Positions 35,000-45,700 of a stretch of DNA of 64,000 nucleotides are shown in pieces; the stretch's first letter is position 1; each line of letters opens with the position of its first letter. Made by a program: the position numbers and the translations under genes. Origin of the DNA: Perkinsus chesapeaki ATCC PRA-425 (taxonomy: Eukaryota; Protista; Perkinsozoa); contig JAAPAO010000022.1 of NCBI GenBank assembly GCA_013115145.1, positions 1 to 64,000 on the forward strand, in the 5' to 3' direction. The notes under the pieces are model-generated. The model was not told the origin of the DNA. It saw only the letters and a program-made list of their open reading frames with translations, and did no database searches.

Positions 35000-37900
35000 T
35001 CGCCATCTAACTTGACAGATATCCGATATAGCAACTGGAATCCATCGTACGGATAGCCTTGAGAGCAGCGGCGAGACGGTGAGCAGAGGTGGCTTCGTCA
35101 TCAGACAGTCGGCTGCGGCGGATCGTCTTGGACGTGCTGATGCCCTCTGGCCTGACCATACCTGCGACAGCGCTATACCATTTTATGTATCGTTGCTACG
35201 CCACTCGCCTCGCCCTTGGGGAACTCGCGTAGAGGGCGCCTTGCCAACCGATAGCTCCTTGACCGTGGGTCTCTCGTAAGTCAAGGCATTGGTGTGCTAC
35301 ATGGCATCGCTCTCCATCGTCGCACTATTTGCCTACTGTTGATCCACCACCTTCCAATGCTAAGGGAAGGAAGCGATTATTTTCCGCGCGCTGGAGCCTC
35401 TCCGTCAGTGCGCGGTCTTTGGTTCCTATTAAACGACTTGCAACATAACGCCTTCATGAAAGCAAAGCTTACCGCTCACAGTCGCTAGTAAGTTGAGGGC
35501 CGCACGGATCTTACTAGACCACACAGCCGTGGCGTCTATTGACACTCTAAAAACACGCACAACTCTTACGCGAACGACGCAGTACAAGTCCAATTTAGTT
35601 GCCTGTAACTCGGTGCAGCCAAGCTGTGTTGGAGGCATAGGAATCCGAGAGGCTGCAGACTGGGAAAAGACCAGATCTTCACCCTGAGAGACTCCAAGGG
35701 CTGTGGTGTTCAGTACTTCATCTCTACCTCCTATCGACCGACACTGTCACTATGGCTGGCGAATTCGACACCTTATATTTGCCAGCCTTGTGGAGCGGAG
35801 CTATCTCAGTTACCGCATCTTCATGGGCGTCCTGGGCCGTTGCGATGACTTCCGGTGCAGGGACTGGAAAAGGTTGAGCTCGTACTATCTCGGATGCGCC
35901 CAATGGAGCCGATGTATTGTAGAGGACGTTCACCGCTGCTGCTCCGAGCCACCTCACTTGCGGTGTTATCGACACGTGCCGTCTCTGATTGACGTATGCT
36001 AGTCAGCTGGAAGATGCCGGTTTCGGCTCTAGTAGACTCTTCCCACTCATGGTCCTCATCGTGATGTTGAGAACCCTTCAGTGCAGCACCCAAGTCTTGG
36101 ACCTGCAGCTTTCCATTGGAATTGCCTTAAAATGGGGATGACGATTGACCAGGGCACCGATTTCACCTATAACGATGAACCATTGACCATCATCATCCGG
36201 ACCGATCGACCTGAGGCTCCATTAGTATCCGAAGCTACTGCAGCGGGGCCTCACAGTGCAGTGGTGGTAGAGCTGGATGAAGGCCCAGCGCTGTTCCAAG
36301 CATATATGCAATACCAACGCGAGGATAATTCGGGACTGAGCGGTGCGACAACTGTTTCTCGTCAAATGAACGGGCACCTTGCTCTCCAGAGAGATATAGC
36401 TCCCGATCGGTCGGCAGCAATGAGACAGAGTAGTCTCGGGTTGGGAGATGCCCAAGCTACAGTCTGAGATTGCGAGCGACGAGGATAATCAGCCAGCTTC
36501 GAGTTCCTACAAGGAGAGGGTATTTAAACTCCGACAGACGCGCTTCCATTTTGAGATGCTGGAAATCATATCTGCGCTGGAGACTGAGGCCTCCGGCGTT
36601 TTGCGAAGAAAGCTACATGACGCATTGGCAGTCCTCACCGGCACTGGCCAGGAAGATCTCTTCGTGCTTTAGGGAACCTGGACAGGACTGGGTCTGGAAA
36701 AAACGCTCTCAGGCGATAACCCTCGATCGGCGGGGATAGTGCAATGTTAGTTATCCCAAAGCCCTCCTGGTGGAGCCTGAACTTCGCCTTGGTAACTGGT
36801 GAGATAACAGGCGCAACGGGAATGTCCGATGTAGCAGCTGAGGTAAGCATGACGGGTAACCGAGCTGTCCTCGTTTACATTGGGTGGAGATGTTGATGTG
36901 ATGCACCTTCACGAGGCCGTCCCAACCAGCTGAGATCATCCACTGGTTGTCATCGAACTCTGGTGCTAGTAGTGAGCTAATGTCTCGCTCGTGAGGCTCG
37001 AACCGTAATAGCTCAGAGCAAGTGTGGGTGTCACAGACGACTACCTGGGAAGTCCAGGTTGGGATGGCTTGAGAATACTGTTGTCTAGGAACCATCGCAC
37101 CTCCCCTTTTGCATTGCCGATATAAATACGCTTCTGATTAGGCGCCAAGACAGCCGCTGTGATCTCAGATGAGGTGATATCCTTCGCAGTGCGCAAGTGC
37201 TTTCCTGAGTCACAATGACTATTACTATAAGCCACGCTCACATACCGGATGCTGCGGACCAAAACCTTATATGGTGACCAGATACCGTCAGGAATGTCGC
37301 AGTATCATAGCAGTACTCGACCTTGTTAACCTACGAGCCTCAATGGAACATTGTCGTCAACAGTGAACGCACTCCGAGCACGTCAGTGACATCAGCCTTC
37401 TCCCTGTTATCATTTTTATAGTTGTAAAATAGAATTCGACCATTGCTTGTACCAGCACATAGCCTCTAACAAGATCTTACGTGATCGGGAATTGCAGTGA
37501 GAAACAGAGGGGTACCGAGTATTCAGGGATATAGCAGATCGTCTTCAAGTCATGTAAAGGAGCGATACCGGCTAGTGAGGTCCCTGACAAGGGGCTTTTG
37601 CCACATCGCTATTGGTGGCATCGATTGCGGTCCCAGAATATGTGCTTAGTGGTGGAGCCAGTCAACGAAAGTGCCGGACATTAACGAAAAAAGCAAGGGC
37701 GAGAATCTTCGGAGTAGCATGAGGCAAAGAGTGGACCTCATAGTAAGAGGGGAATTCGGTCGCAGCCAGTGCGTCAAAGGCGGAAGGCTAGGAGCAGAAC
37801 GTCACCCTCATCCCACCGAAGGGTGAGTCCACGCTTGCTGGTACTCCCGCGGAGCCTCCGAAAGTTTGCACGCACCTGAGAAGAACACTTTGTTCCGAGA

Positions 37901-40100
37901 ATCTACTGCGGATAAGACTGATCTTATAGATGCTTATCTGAAGTTGCGGACATCCCATAGTTTTATAACACCACTGATATCCGCAGTTAGAACTTGGGGT
38001 GTACCCAGGACGACCTCCAAACCACAGAGCGCGCGGCTGTGCCCTTTGAGCCTACACACAGAGCAGTTGATGAACTGCTAAGGAGCATGATATGGAGGGG
38101 TGAACATGTTCTTGCCTGAAGATGGGCTTCTTTTCGACGTATGGGTTCCAGACTAATGCATCGTGGTCGAGCCCAGCACTGAATATGCAATGATACGGCC
38201 GATTGTATGCGACAGAATGAACACCTTTCTTGTGACCTGAATACGCCAGAGCTGTTCTACAGACCAGATGGCCAAGACAGGAAGCACTGAGGTCACCTTT
38301 CAGGACTTTCCTCGGTTTTAGAGTAGAGACGTCCCACATAAGGACAGTGCTGTCATCGCTTGCGGTAGCTAATAGGCTCATGTCACTTATACGTTCCATT
38401 GCATAGATAGGCCCTGAACCACGACGACGTCCTTTTGGTGGCATCATAAGAGGAGGCCGACCTTCATGGTAACCACTCCGCGTCGCGTCTATCTTCCAGC
38501 CCTCTAAATCCCAGCGGCTCAGCGAGCCATCAACTCCGCCGGAGAACAGAACTGATTGGGAGAGATACTTTCACCTCCGCCGATCGCCTAGATACTCGTG
38601 TTGTGAGGAGAGTGTGCTCCGATATCGTCGTCCAGATCCGTATTAAACGGGAAAATGGACATTTGTGTCTGCACGACCGATCAGCTCTTCAAGAGTAGTC
38701 GCCCTCACGCCTTTCGAAACTAGTCGAGCTCGCAGCCTCCAATCCACGGACAAGGAAGGGCTATCGTCCACCTGTTCACCCTCGGCGTCGTTCAGCCGAT
38801 TGCCATAACTTTCATCCTTTGTAGATTGATATTTGTTCGCTACTTTCTGCAGCAACTGCATTGCGTAGACCGCAATGATGGGTGCTTACGGATATGCTCC
38901 AGAAGGATAAGGTTTTGTCGGTTCCAGAGGAAACCACTTCGTCACCAACCTCGCGCGCGGTGATCACGTTGCCTCGATGGCCCTCCAACTGAACGCGCGT
39001 TACAAAGCGCCGCACTTCATCAGATGGACAGCTACCTCAGCAAGGAGACCGTAGTTTTCTGGGTGATAGATCTTGATCAGGGGAGAGCCGGTGGTGAGGC
39101 ATAGCAGCATGTCCGAGCTTTTGAGGTACGACAGTCTCTCTATAGAATCCTGCAGCCATGGAATGTGGCAGCTGGATGGTCGTATTTTAATACCGCGGCC
39201 CTTTTTTGCTGGATGAAGGCGCTGCTCTGATCGTACGTCCTCAATGGTTCCTTACGGTCTTCGTGACCTGAGGAGCCGATGCTATTGAGAGCTGACTTGG
39301 TGCACGCACCGTCATCAGCGGTGATATCTTCTTCTGTCAAACCGAGTTGTGCTTCACGAAGGAGGTAATCACTGAAAACGATACGACACTGAGACTCATT
39401 CAGGATTTGTTCGAGAGGATAGTTCATCAGACAGGTGCCAGCGTTCCGGTAGCCTTGATGAAATGCCTGGAGTTTCCCCTACCTCAACTGGTCCCAGGTT
39501 AAGGATTCCGTGCTATGGACATCAATACGTTCGAACCTGATGATAGCTGTTGCCTTGGCATACTTTCTAAAGGCTGTCTTTCACAGTTGATGAGCGGCAC
39601 AAGCCAGTTGGGCTGTCCAGAGCGAAAGGGTAGAGTCCTCCGGAAGACCAAGGTGGTCCAGTGTCTGACCAGAGTTAGTCCAGATGTTGCTCTTTGGGGC
39701 CCTTAGAACAAGTGGCCTTCGGGGCCTCAACATGGACTGACCTGCTTAGAGAGTAGTGCTGATTGGGACGTTTGGTCGTCATGATGGTCAGAGCAAAGCA
39801 GCACCGCTTTGACGAATTCTGGTGCGTGTAACAGACCACTAAGGTCGAACGCTGCTTGAAGCTTTCCGAGGAGATCGACCCGTAAATGCGACAGCACCTA
39901 GCGATTCGGACCCACTTTCTGAGTTCCCGATCAGCGACGTACCACACGAGCTGGGTCCGCGACCGTCCTCAGTAAAGTGAGGATCTGCTCATTTAGGCGG
40001 GTTGCCTTCTGAGGTGGTCGAGAAGGATGTGGCTCTAGGGTGATGGACGCCTGCGGTCGACTCTGACTTGCAAGAGATCAGGAGTGCCGCCCAAGGATAG
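35000..40100 (-). CDS. EF-hand + WD40 repeat protein (WDR49/EFCAB8/WDR64-like), many exons
   Basis: FERIDVHSTESLTWDQL (EF-hand-like), then WD repeats: LLATASDDSTVLMWD, GHKKGVHSVAYN...IFSAGLDHDALVWNPY, WMISAGWDGLVKVH, DAHEDAVTEI...IVTVSVDR. Ends approximate. Confidence 0.75.
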
Positions 40101-40835
40101 GAACCGCTTAACAGTGTCAAGATCAGTGTCTCAGAAACCACTTGTTATGAAACAACATATAAATCTGATTTTGAAATATCCCCTACGTGCCGCGGGGTAG
40201 TAGAAGACTCTGGAGAAGGTAGCCATGGCGTGACTCACGTCTGAACCATCTAAGACTATTCACGACATCAAACTTCCACTGGAAGCTGCGAGCAGTTTAC
40301 CTGCTCAGTGGGTCGTTTATTTTTTGCCTGATCGTCGAATAGCGGATCATCATTGTCTTTCATCACGGGCATGTATCCATGCCTCGAGGGTGACAAAAGA
40401 GCGCGATGCCCATCAATCGCCACTTGGGTTGATTGGAGGTCAATATCGTCCAAGCCTGACCGTTTCATCGTGACCTTAAAGTGGGTACTTGATGTGGTAC
40501 TTAAGGCGGTTGTGAGGTGACGCCGCACATTCCGCGTTGTATCCTGCTCAGCAGCGGTCCCATCGACAGACTCGATCGTCTCCATTGGCCATAAACGACA
40601 CACTAATACTGCTAAGTGTGGTCCTTGTGAACTAAACGAGATGTAGAGCATGAAGCCTGACGCTGTCAAAATGCAACAGTCCTATAGTCATCTTCAGAGA
40701 GTTTCTTAATCTCCTCTGAGATAAATGCGAATCTCCGGGCATGCTGGGCCAATAAAGCAGCAGCATTTACAGCTATTTCTGACGCCGAACTCATTGCCAG
40801 CTCATGCTTCAGGCGACGATGGCGATAAACATTGT

Positions 40836-40838
40836 GAC

Positions 40839-40886
<48 letters not shown>

Positions 40887-40905
40887 CGTGATGATGATCG
40901 TGATG
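40836..40905. repeat. (GAT)n microsatellite
   Basis: About 20 near-perfect GAT units, with GATCGT interruptions near the end. Confidence 0.95.
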
Positions 40906-40999
40906 GTACAACTTGGGGTGTGGTACAGTTGTTATCCCGTCCAAACTAACTCCGTAATGAGGCATTATCATATTATACCTGTCATCATATATCTACGCC

Positions 41000-41758
41000 G
41001 TTCTTATATACCGACGTTATAATAATACCCCACCTCAGACATTCACAGTATGATACCTTGGATGTCTAAGGTGCAGCAATCATTGATTACCCTCCGGGAT
41101 TATCAAATAGCTGCGGGCCTGCTGCCATCAAGTTGTTCGACGTTGGGTGACCGATCCGAGTTGTCGGGCTGAGCAAGGGGGATGGGTGATAGTATCATTG
41201 ACCGAGCCCTATAGCCCACTGCGAACGCTGTACTCACTTCTACCGGGTGAGCACACTAGGAGTTCAACCCCTCTACAAGGTTTTTATCGATGCGCCCAAC
41301 TGGGTCAATCCTAGGTATAAACTCAGATGTGGTGAAAGTAAGTATCGATATGACGTTGCTTTCACTATGGGGCGCATCAATGCCGATGCTCTATGTTACC
41401 TCAAGGCCGTACCATGAAGATGAAAGGAGAAGTATCTTCTCTAGACACCCACAGATTTGCCTTGTTACTTCTACTATGCGTTCCCCTGACCTTACTCTGG
41501 TTGCACGCCCGGCACATGGCCCGTGCCCGGTATGAAGTCGGGTGTCATCCGACCAGACAGCCAGTGGCCATTAGCCTTCGCGATGTGGTCAAGCATTTCC
41601 TGCCCGTATCTTGTCGCCTCTATAGCTTCGTGTGCGCTTAACTGTCGAGATGATGTGTCAGACAAAGGAGTTCTCTCCTCTCTAACCTCCGCTCTGAAAG
41701 ACGCGCTTTTAGCCGCATCGCTCGCTGCGTGGATCGCTTGCAGCACTTCCAACCCCAT
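41000..41758 (-). CDS. Hypothetical protein (multi-exon)
   Basis: ORF 41492-41758 starts with ATG (MGLEVLQAIHAASDAAKSASF...); downstream extent unclear. Confidence 0.35.
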
Positions 41759-41978
41759 AGCCGCACAGAACTGAATGAGGTGCGTTAACGTGGCGCGCGG
41801 TTTTATCCTTTAATGACAACTAACCCAACAAAAAATGACTACTTCACACTTAAGTATTTCATCACCGTCAAAGTGACAGCCACGGGCGACTACTTGCCGT
41901 CAAGGCATAAAAACTCTCGGAATACGCTGCGTTGAGGAAATGCAAGATGCATCAAGTAGGGCAAGCGGGCTTTGTCAG

Positions 41979-42581
41979 TTATAGAGCTTCACCATATGCT
42001 GATCCAACACAGAGAACTCATCCAATTTCTGTTCTATATGGGCCGGTGTCACTTGCTTGTTAGCCTCGGCGACTCTCTTCAACGCCCGTCCGACAGACTC
42101 TGGAGGGTTGAGGCCTGACATCATTTCTGTACATTATTGCCCCGATGGCGACGAACCCCCCTCACCGAATGCCTTCGCTCGCTCATAACGCGCTTCTCTG
42201 GAAATGCCACAGCATGGCCCGAACCTGCTCAAGTGATCAGCTACCAGTCGACGTATTTCTGGCGCACCTCAGATCGAGGTCGAACTTCCTCAAGATGAGC
42301 TCCTCCACAACTTTGCAGTCCGAATCTGTGCTCCACGAAAGAACGTTAGTGTCCTGAAACGACCGATGAACACGCATGGCATGCGTCGCATGCTGCCGCG
42401 ACCGTACCACACAAGTTAGCGTCTGGGAGCCGGCTTCGCTAGTGTCGTCGGCCACGCTGACTTTATCGCCTTTGTTGTTGTTGTTATCATCTTGCCCAAA
42501 GTCCAACCTTCTCGCCAGAGAGTTGGAGACCTCCTTCTTTATTGGATTAGGGTTTGGTCGCTTCTTCGGTCGAGCAGGCAT
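41979..42581 (-). CDS. POLD4: DNA polymerase delta subunit 4 (p12)
   Basis: Spliced reading ELILRKFDLDLRFGPCCGISREARYERAKAFGLNPPESVGRAL matches the POLD4/Cdm1 signature (LRxFDLxxxYGPCxGIxRxxRWxRAxxxGLxPP); basic N-terminus MPARPKKR. Confidence 0.85.
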
Positions 42582-42759
42582 TTACCTACCTATGAGGAGG
42601 AGAGGTTCTGAATTGATAACACAACCTTAGGAGGACGTTGAAAAGCAGCAGTAAATGTTAACGAACAGGAACTCTTTTAAGAATGATTCTTCCCCTTTGT
42701 TGTGTGTAAGGAAGTGAATGAAGGTATCGATAAAGTAGAGGAGGGTCCTCTCATCCACT

Positions 42760-45700
42760 CTATTGACCGCCTTGGTCCTGCCGGGGAGATGGTTGAAGCA
42801 AATGACTAGCTATGATGCTCGCTATAGCTCGACTAACTTGAGGATGAGCTGTACGAGCAGTGATTCGAACCTGCGCCATCCACTGAATAATCCACCAGTA
42901 TAACCAAATGCACTATTCCCACCGTGTTGGGGCTTTTCGACAGGTCCGTGTCTATCCTTAACATGCAGGCCACTGCAGCATTTCTAGCATTTGGCCCCGA
43001 CTGCCCAGGCTGTGGCGTCCTCGTCAATAGTGTACCTACATGCCACTATCTCATACCGCTCCTTCCTCTAATCATCATCACCTGCAGCCGCTATCGTGTG
43101 AACGCGACCACCCGCGCCGTTCGCCATCGCATCCGGAAGGGCAATTAAATGGAAGTTGAAGGCGTTGCTTACATACCTGATAAGAAATCGATCACCAGGG
43201 CGCGCGCTTTTGTCATCGCCCACCCTTCGTATTGAGTGTATGGGACCTTGGCTTGACTGGTGACCATCGCCTCTCGTCCGCCAGTTTGCATCTCCTGCCA
43301 AAACTGAAGGAACTGCTGGGCGGAAATCGCCGCTGGAGCAATGAACTTGGTCAATACACCTGAGCCAGTGAGTTGAAGTGCGCACTCGGAAGAATAAAAG
43401 ATACTCACATGGTAGTGTCATTGGGAGCTGTTTAGCGCCTTGGCCGTTAACATCAAATGTTACGAGGAATCTTGGTGGTTGCAGGAATGGGCGTAGGCAC
43501 TCCACTTGAATGTATTCGACCTAAATCTGCCCGCTCAGCGCCGAAAAGACGACGTAGAAATTCACCCAACCTTCCGGAAGGGCGCTCCTAGTGAGATAAC
43601 TCCGCCATGAAAATCAGAGCGTTTCTCCCACCGTAACCTGGCCATGGCCGATCGAAATCAGCAAAGTAGCAGAAGACGCTAATACTGCTGCGAGTGACGG
43701 ATTTATGCTACTTTAGCGATCTTAGAAAAAGAGGGAAATTTGAAAAGATGAGGCAAACGCGGAGGAGGAAAGTAAAATGTCTAACACAACGCTTCCAAGC
43801 GAGCAGGCGTGAGTGGCGCTAAACGGATCACATAAACCAACAACTAACATGAAGACGGTTAGATAATATAACACCTGCACTGCAGTCGCTATCTACTAGA
43901 GCGGAGAGCGTGATCTCCATCGACCTACCGCTTGTTGGCCAGGTTCCAACGTATTGGGCTGCAACGCTGTGGATCTGACTCTAAATCCACCAGTGGTATC
44001 TGGCGGCACCTGAGAGAAGGAGATGGATGATAGGCGGAGCGAAGTTGATATACCTGAGTTTTGATGTTGCTAATAGTGACATCTTCTCCCTTGTTGATAA
44101 ATTGAAGAGCTAGCCGACCAATACCATGACCGTATCTACCAGCATCTCATACCGACTTTTCCACAAATAAGGCCTACTCTGCCTTCATATTAATATGTAG
44201 GGAGTTAGACTGGAAGAAGCTGCCTTGATTCGACACGCATAGCCTTTTCCAAAGCACCCCTGGCGGTACCGGCCCTAAAGCAACATATACACCATTAAGG
44301 AATGCTGCATCGCTACGGCTGTCGTCCTCATCATCGTAATCACTTTCATCCTCAGATTCATCAGAACTCACGCTACCTTCACTAGGTGGAGCTGGACCCG
44401 CCAGACCGGCAACTACTGGCGCTGGTGACGAGCCCGGAACCGCGTTCTGAAAAAGTTGCATACTTCTAGCACGGGCAAATTGTATAGTGAATCGGAAGGC
44501 TCCAGAACAAATAGTTGAGACAAGAACCCTACATATGAAGATGAGCTGGTAGAAATGGTAATTCTCACAGTACTGGAATATACCTGTGTGCACGCCTATA
44601 GTGCTCGAAACCCCCCAAAAAACTGATCGATGTTTTCATCCACGAACAGCAGCAAGCGGCGTATGGCGGCACAAGTGAGAAAGGCCACCGAGAGACATTC
44701 CAACTCTAATAATACAGCTACTCCCCAGTAACAGAGCTACTCATGAAGCAACATCTGTTTCAGTGACCATTTATTACCAAATCCTTGCCAGGTTTATTAT
44801 TGGACAATAGATTCTCATCCTGTTTAACATCTCCTTGCTGGTACACTCCTCCTTCAGTAGCAGCCGCCTATCCACCAAATACTCCCCATTTCTACACCTT
44901 CGCTCCGCCTACTACCTCCTCCAATTGCTTCCTAGTAGTAGCTCTCGTCTTACCTTGCGTCTTAATCCTTTGCTTTAACGGATTGTTTTCTTGAGCCTGC
45001 TTTTAAATGTCATTAAACTAATACCACACTTTTCTCAAACTCACTTCAATAGGATATACAGGCATCATAGCTAGTGTAGTCTCGACCATAGCATCTCCAC
45101 CAATCGTAAACAGCCGACTCAGCTCGCATGCACCTACGAATCTTGAAATCTTACCAAATCTTACATTTCCTCAATGTCCTACGTTGCTGCAATCCACAGT
45201 CGAGCGAATCCTGATAGTCCTCGAATATTAATAGAACCTCATCCTTAAGGTCTTTATCGTCCGGATTAGCATTTAACAGTTTAGCGTAACACATCATCAT
45301 TATACACTTAGTTTCAGCGCTAACTCGATTGATGTGCTTTTGCAACAACTACCAAATAGGCAACTTAATAAGAAAAGTTGAGGAAAAGTTGGTATTACAT
45401 TCACTATTTCTAGAGGCGTTGTCTTGCCCGCATTCACCAAGAAGTGGCCGAATTCTCCCATTAGATACGCTGCAAGCTTTATGAGAGTCTCATGAGGGTA
45501 CGGGGACGACTGGCCTGAAAATCCAAAATTCATTACCGAATTTTCTCGGGAAATTTTATAGGAAGCCATAGAGGTATCCAAAATACAAAAAAGAACTAAA
45601 AACGTCCATTTCGCATCCGACGTATCCGAAGCCTTGATAGATAGAAGTGTTCGGTGAGATAACTTCGGAAAATGTTTTCATAATCTACACCACTTCAGTA

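Noticed and set aside
35703-36739. Plus-strand ORFs (36081-36467, 36448-36672) suggesting a gene overlapping the WD40 gene
   Set aside because: The minus strand carries continuing WD repeats (YDFQHLKMEARL...YPLLVG; DAHEDAVTEI...VTVSVDR), so the plus ORFs are probably shadows.
36985-37010. GGTTCGAGCC motif; also AGGTTCGAACG near 39525
   Set aside because: Both are in WD40-gene exons (LLRFEPHER; RFERIDV) and lack tRNA-like flanks.
41255-41280. AGGAGTTCAACCCCT T-arm-like hairpin
   Set aside because: Gene structure here is unresolved and the motif departs from the GGTTCGA core; not counted.
42855-42880. CAGGTTCGAATC B-box-like motif
   Set aside because: Lies in the last AP2A exon (encodes QVRI within VRITARTAH, matching the alpha-adaptin C-terminus); coding coincidence.
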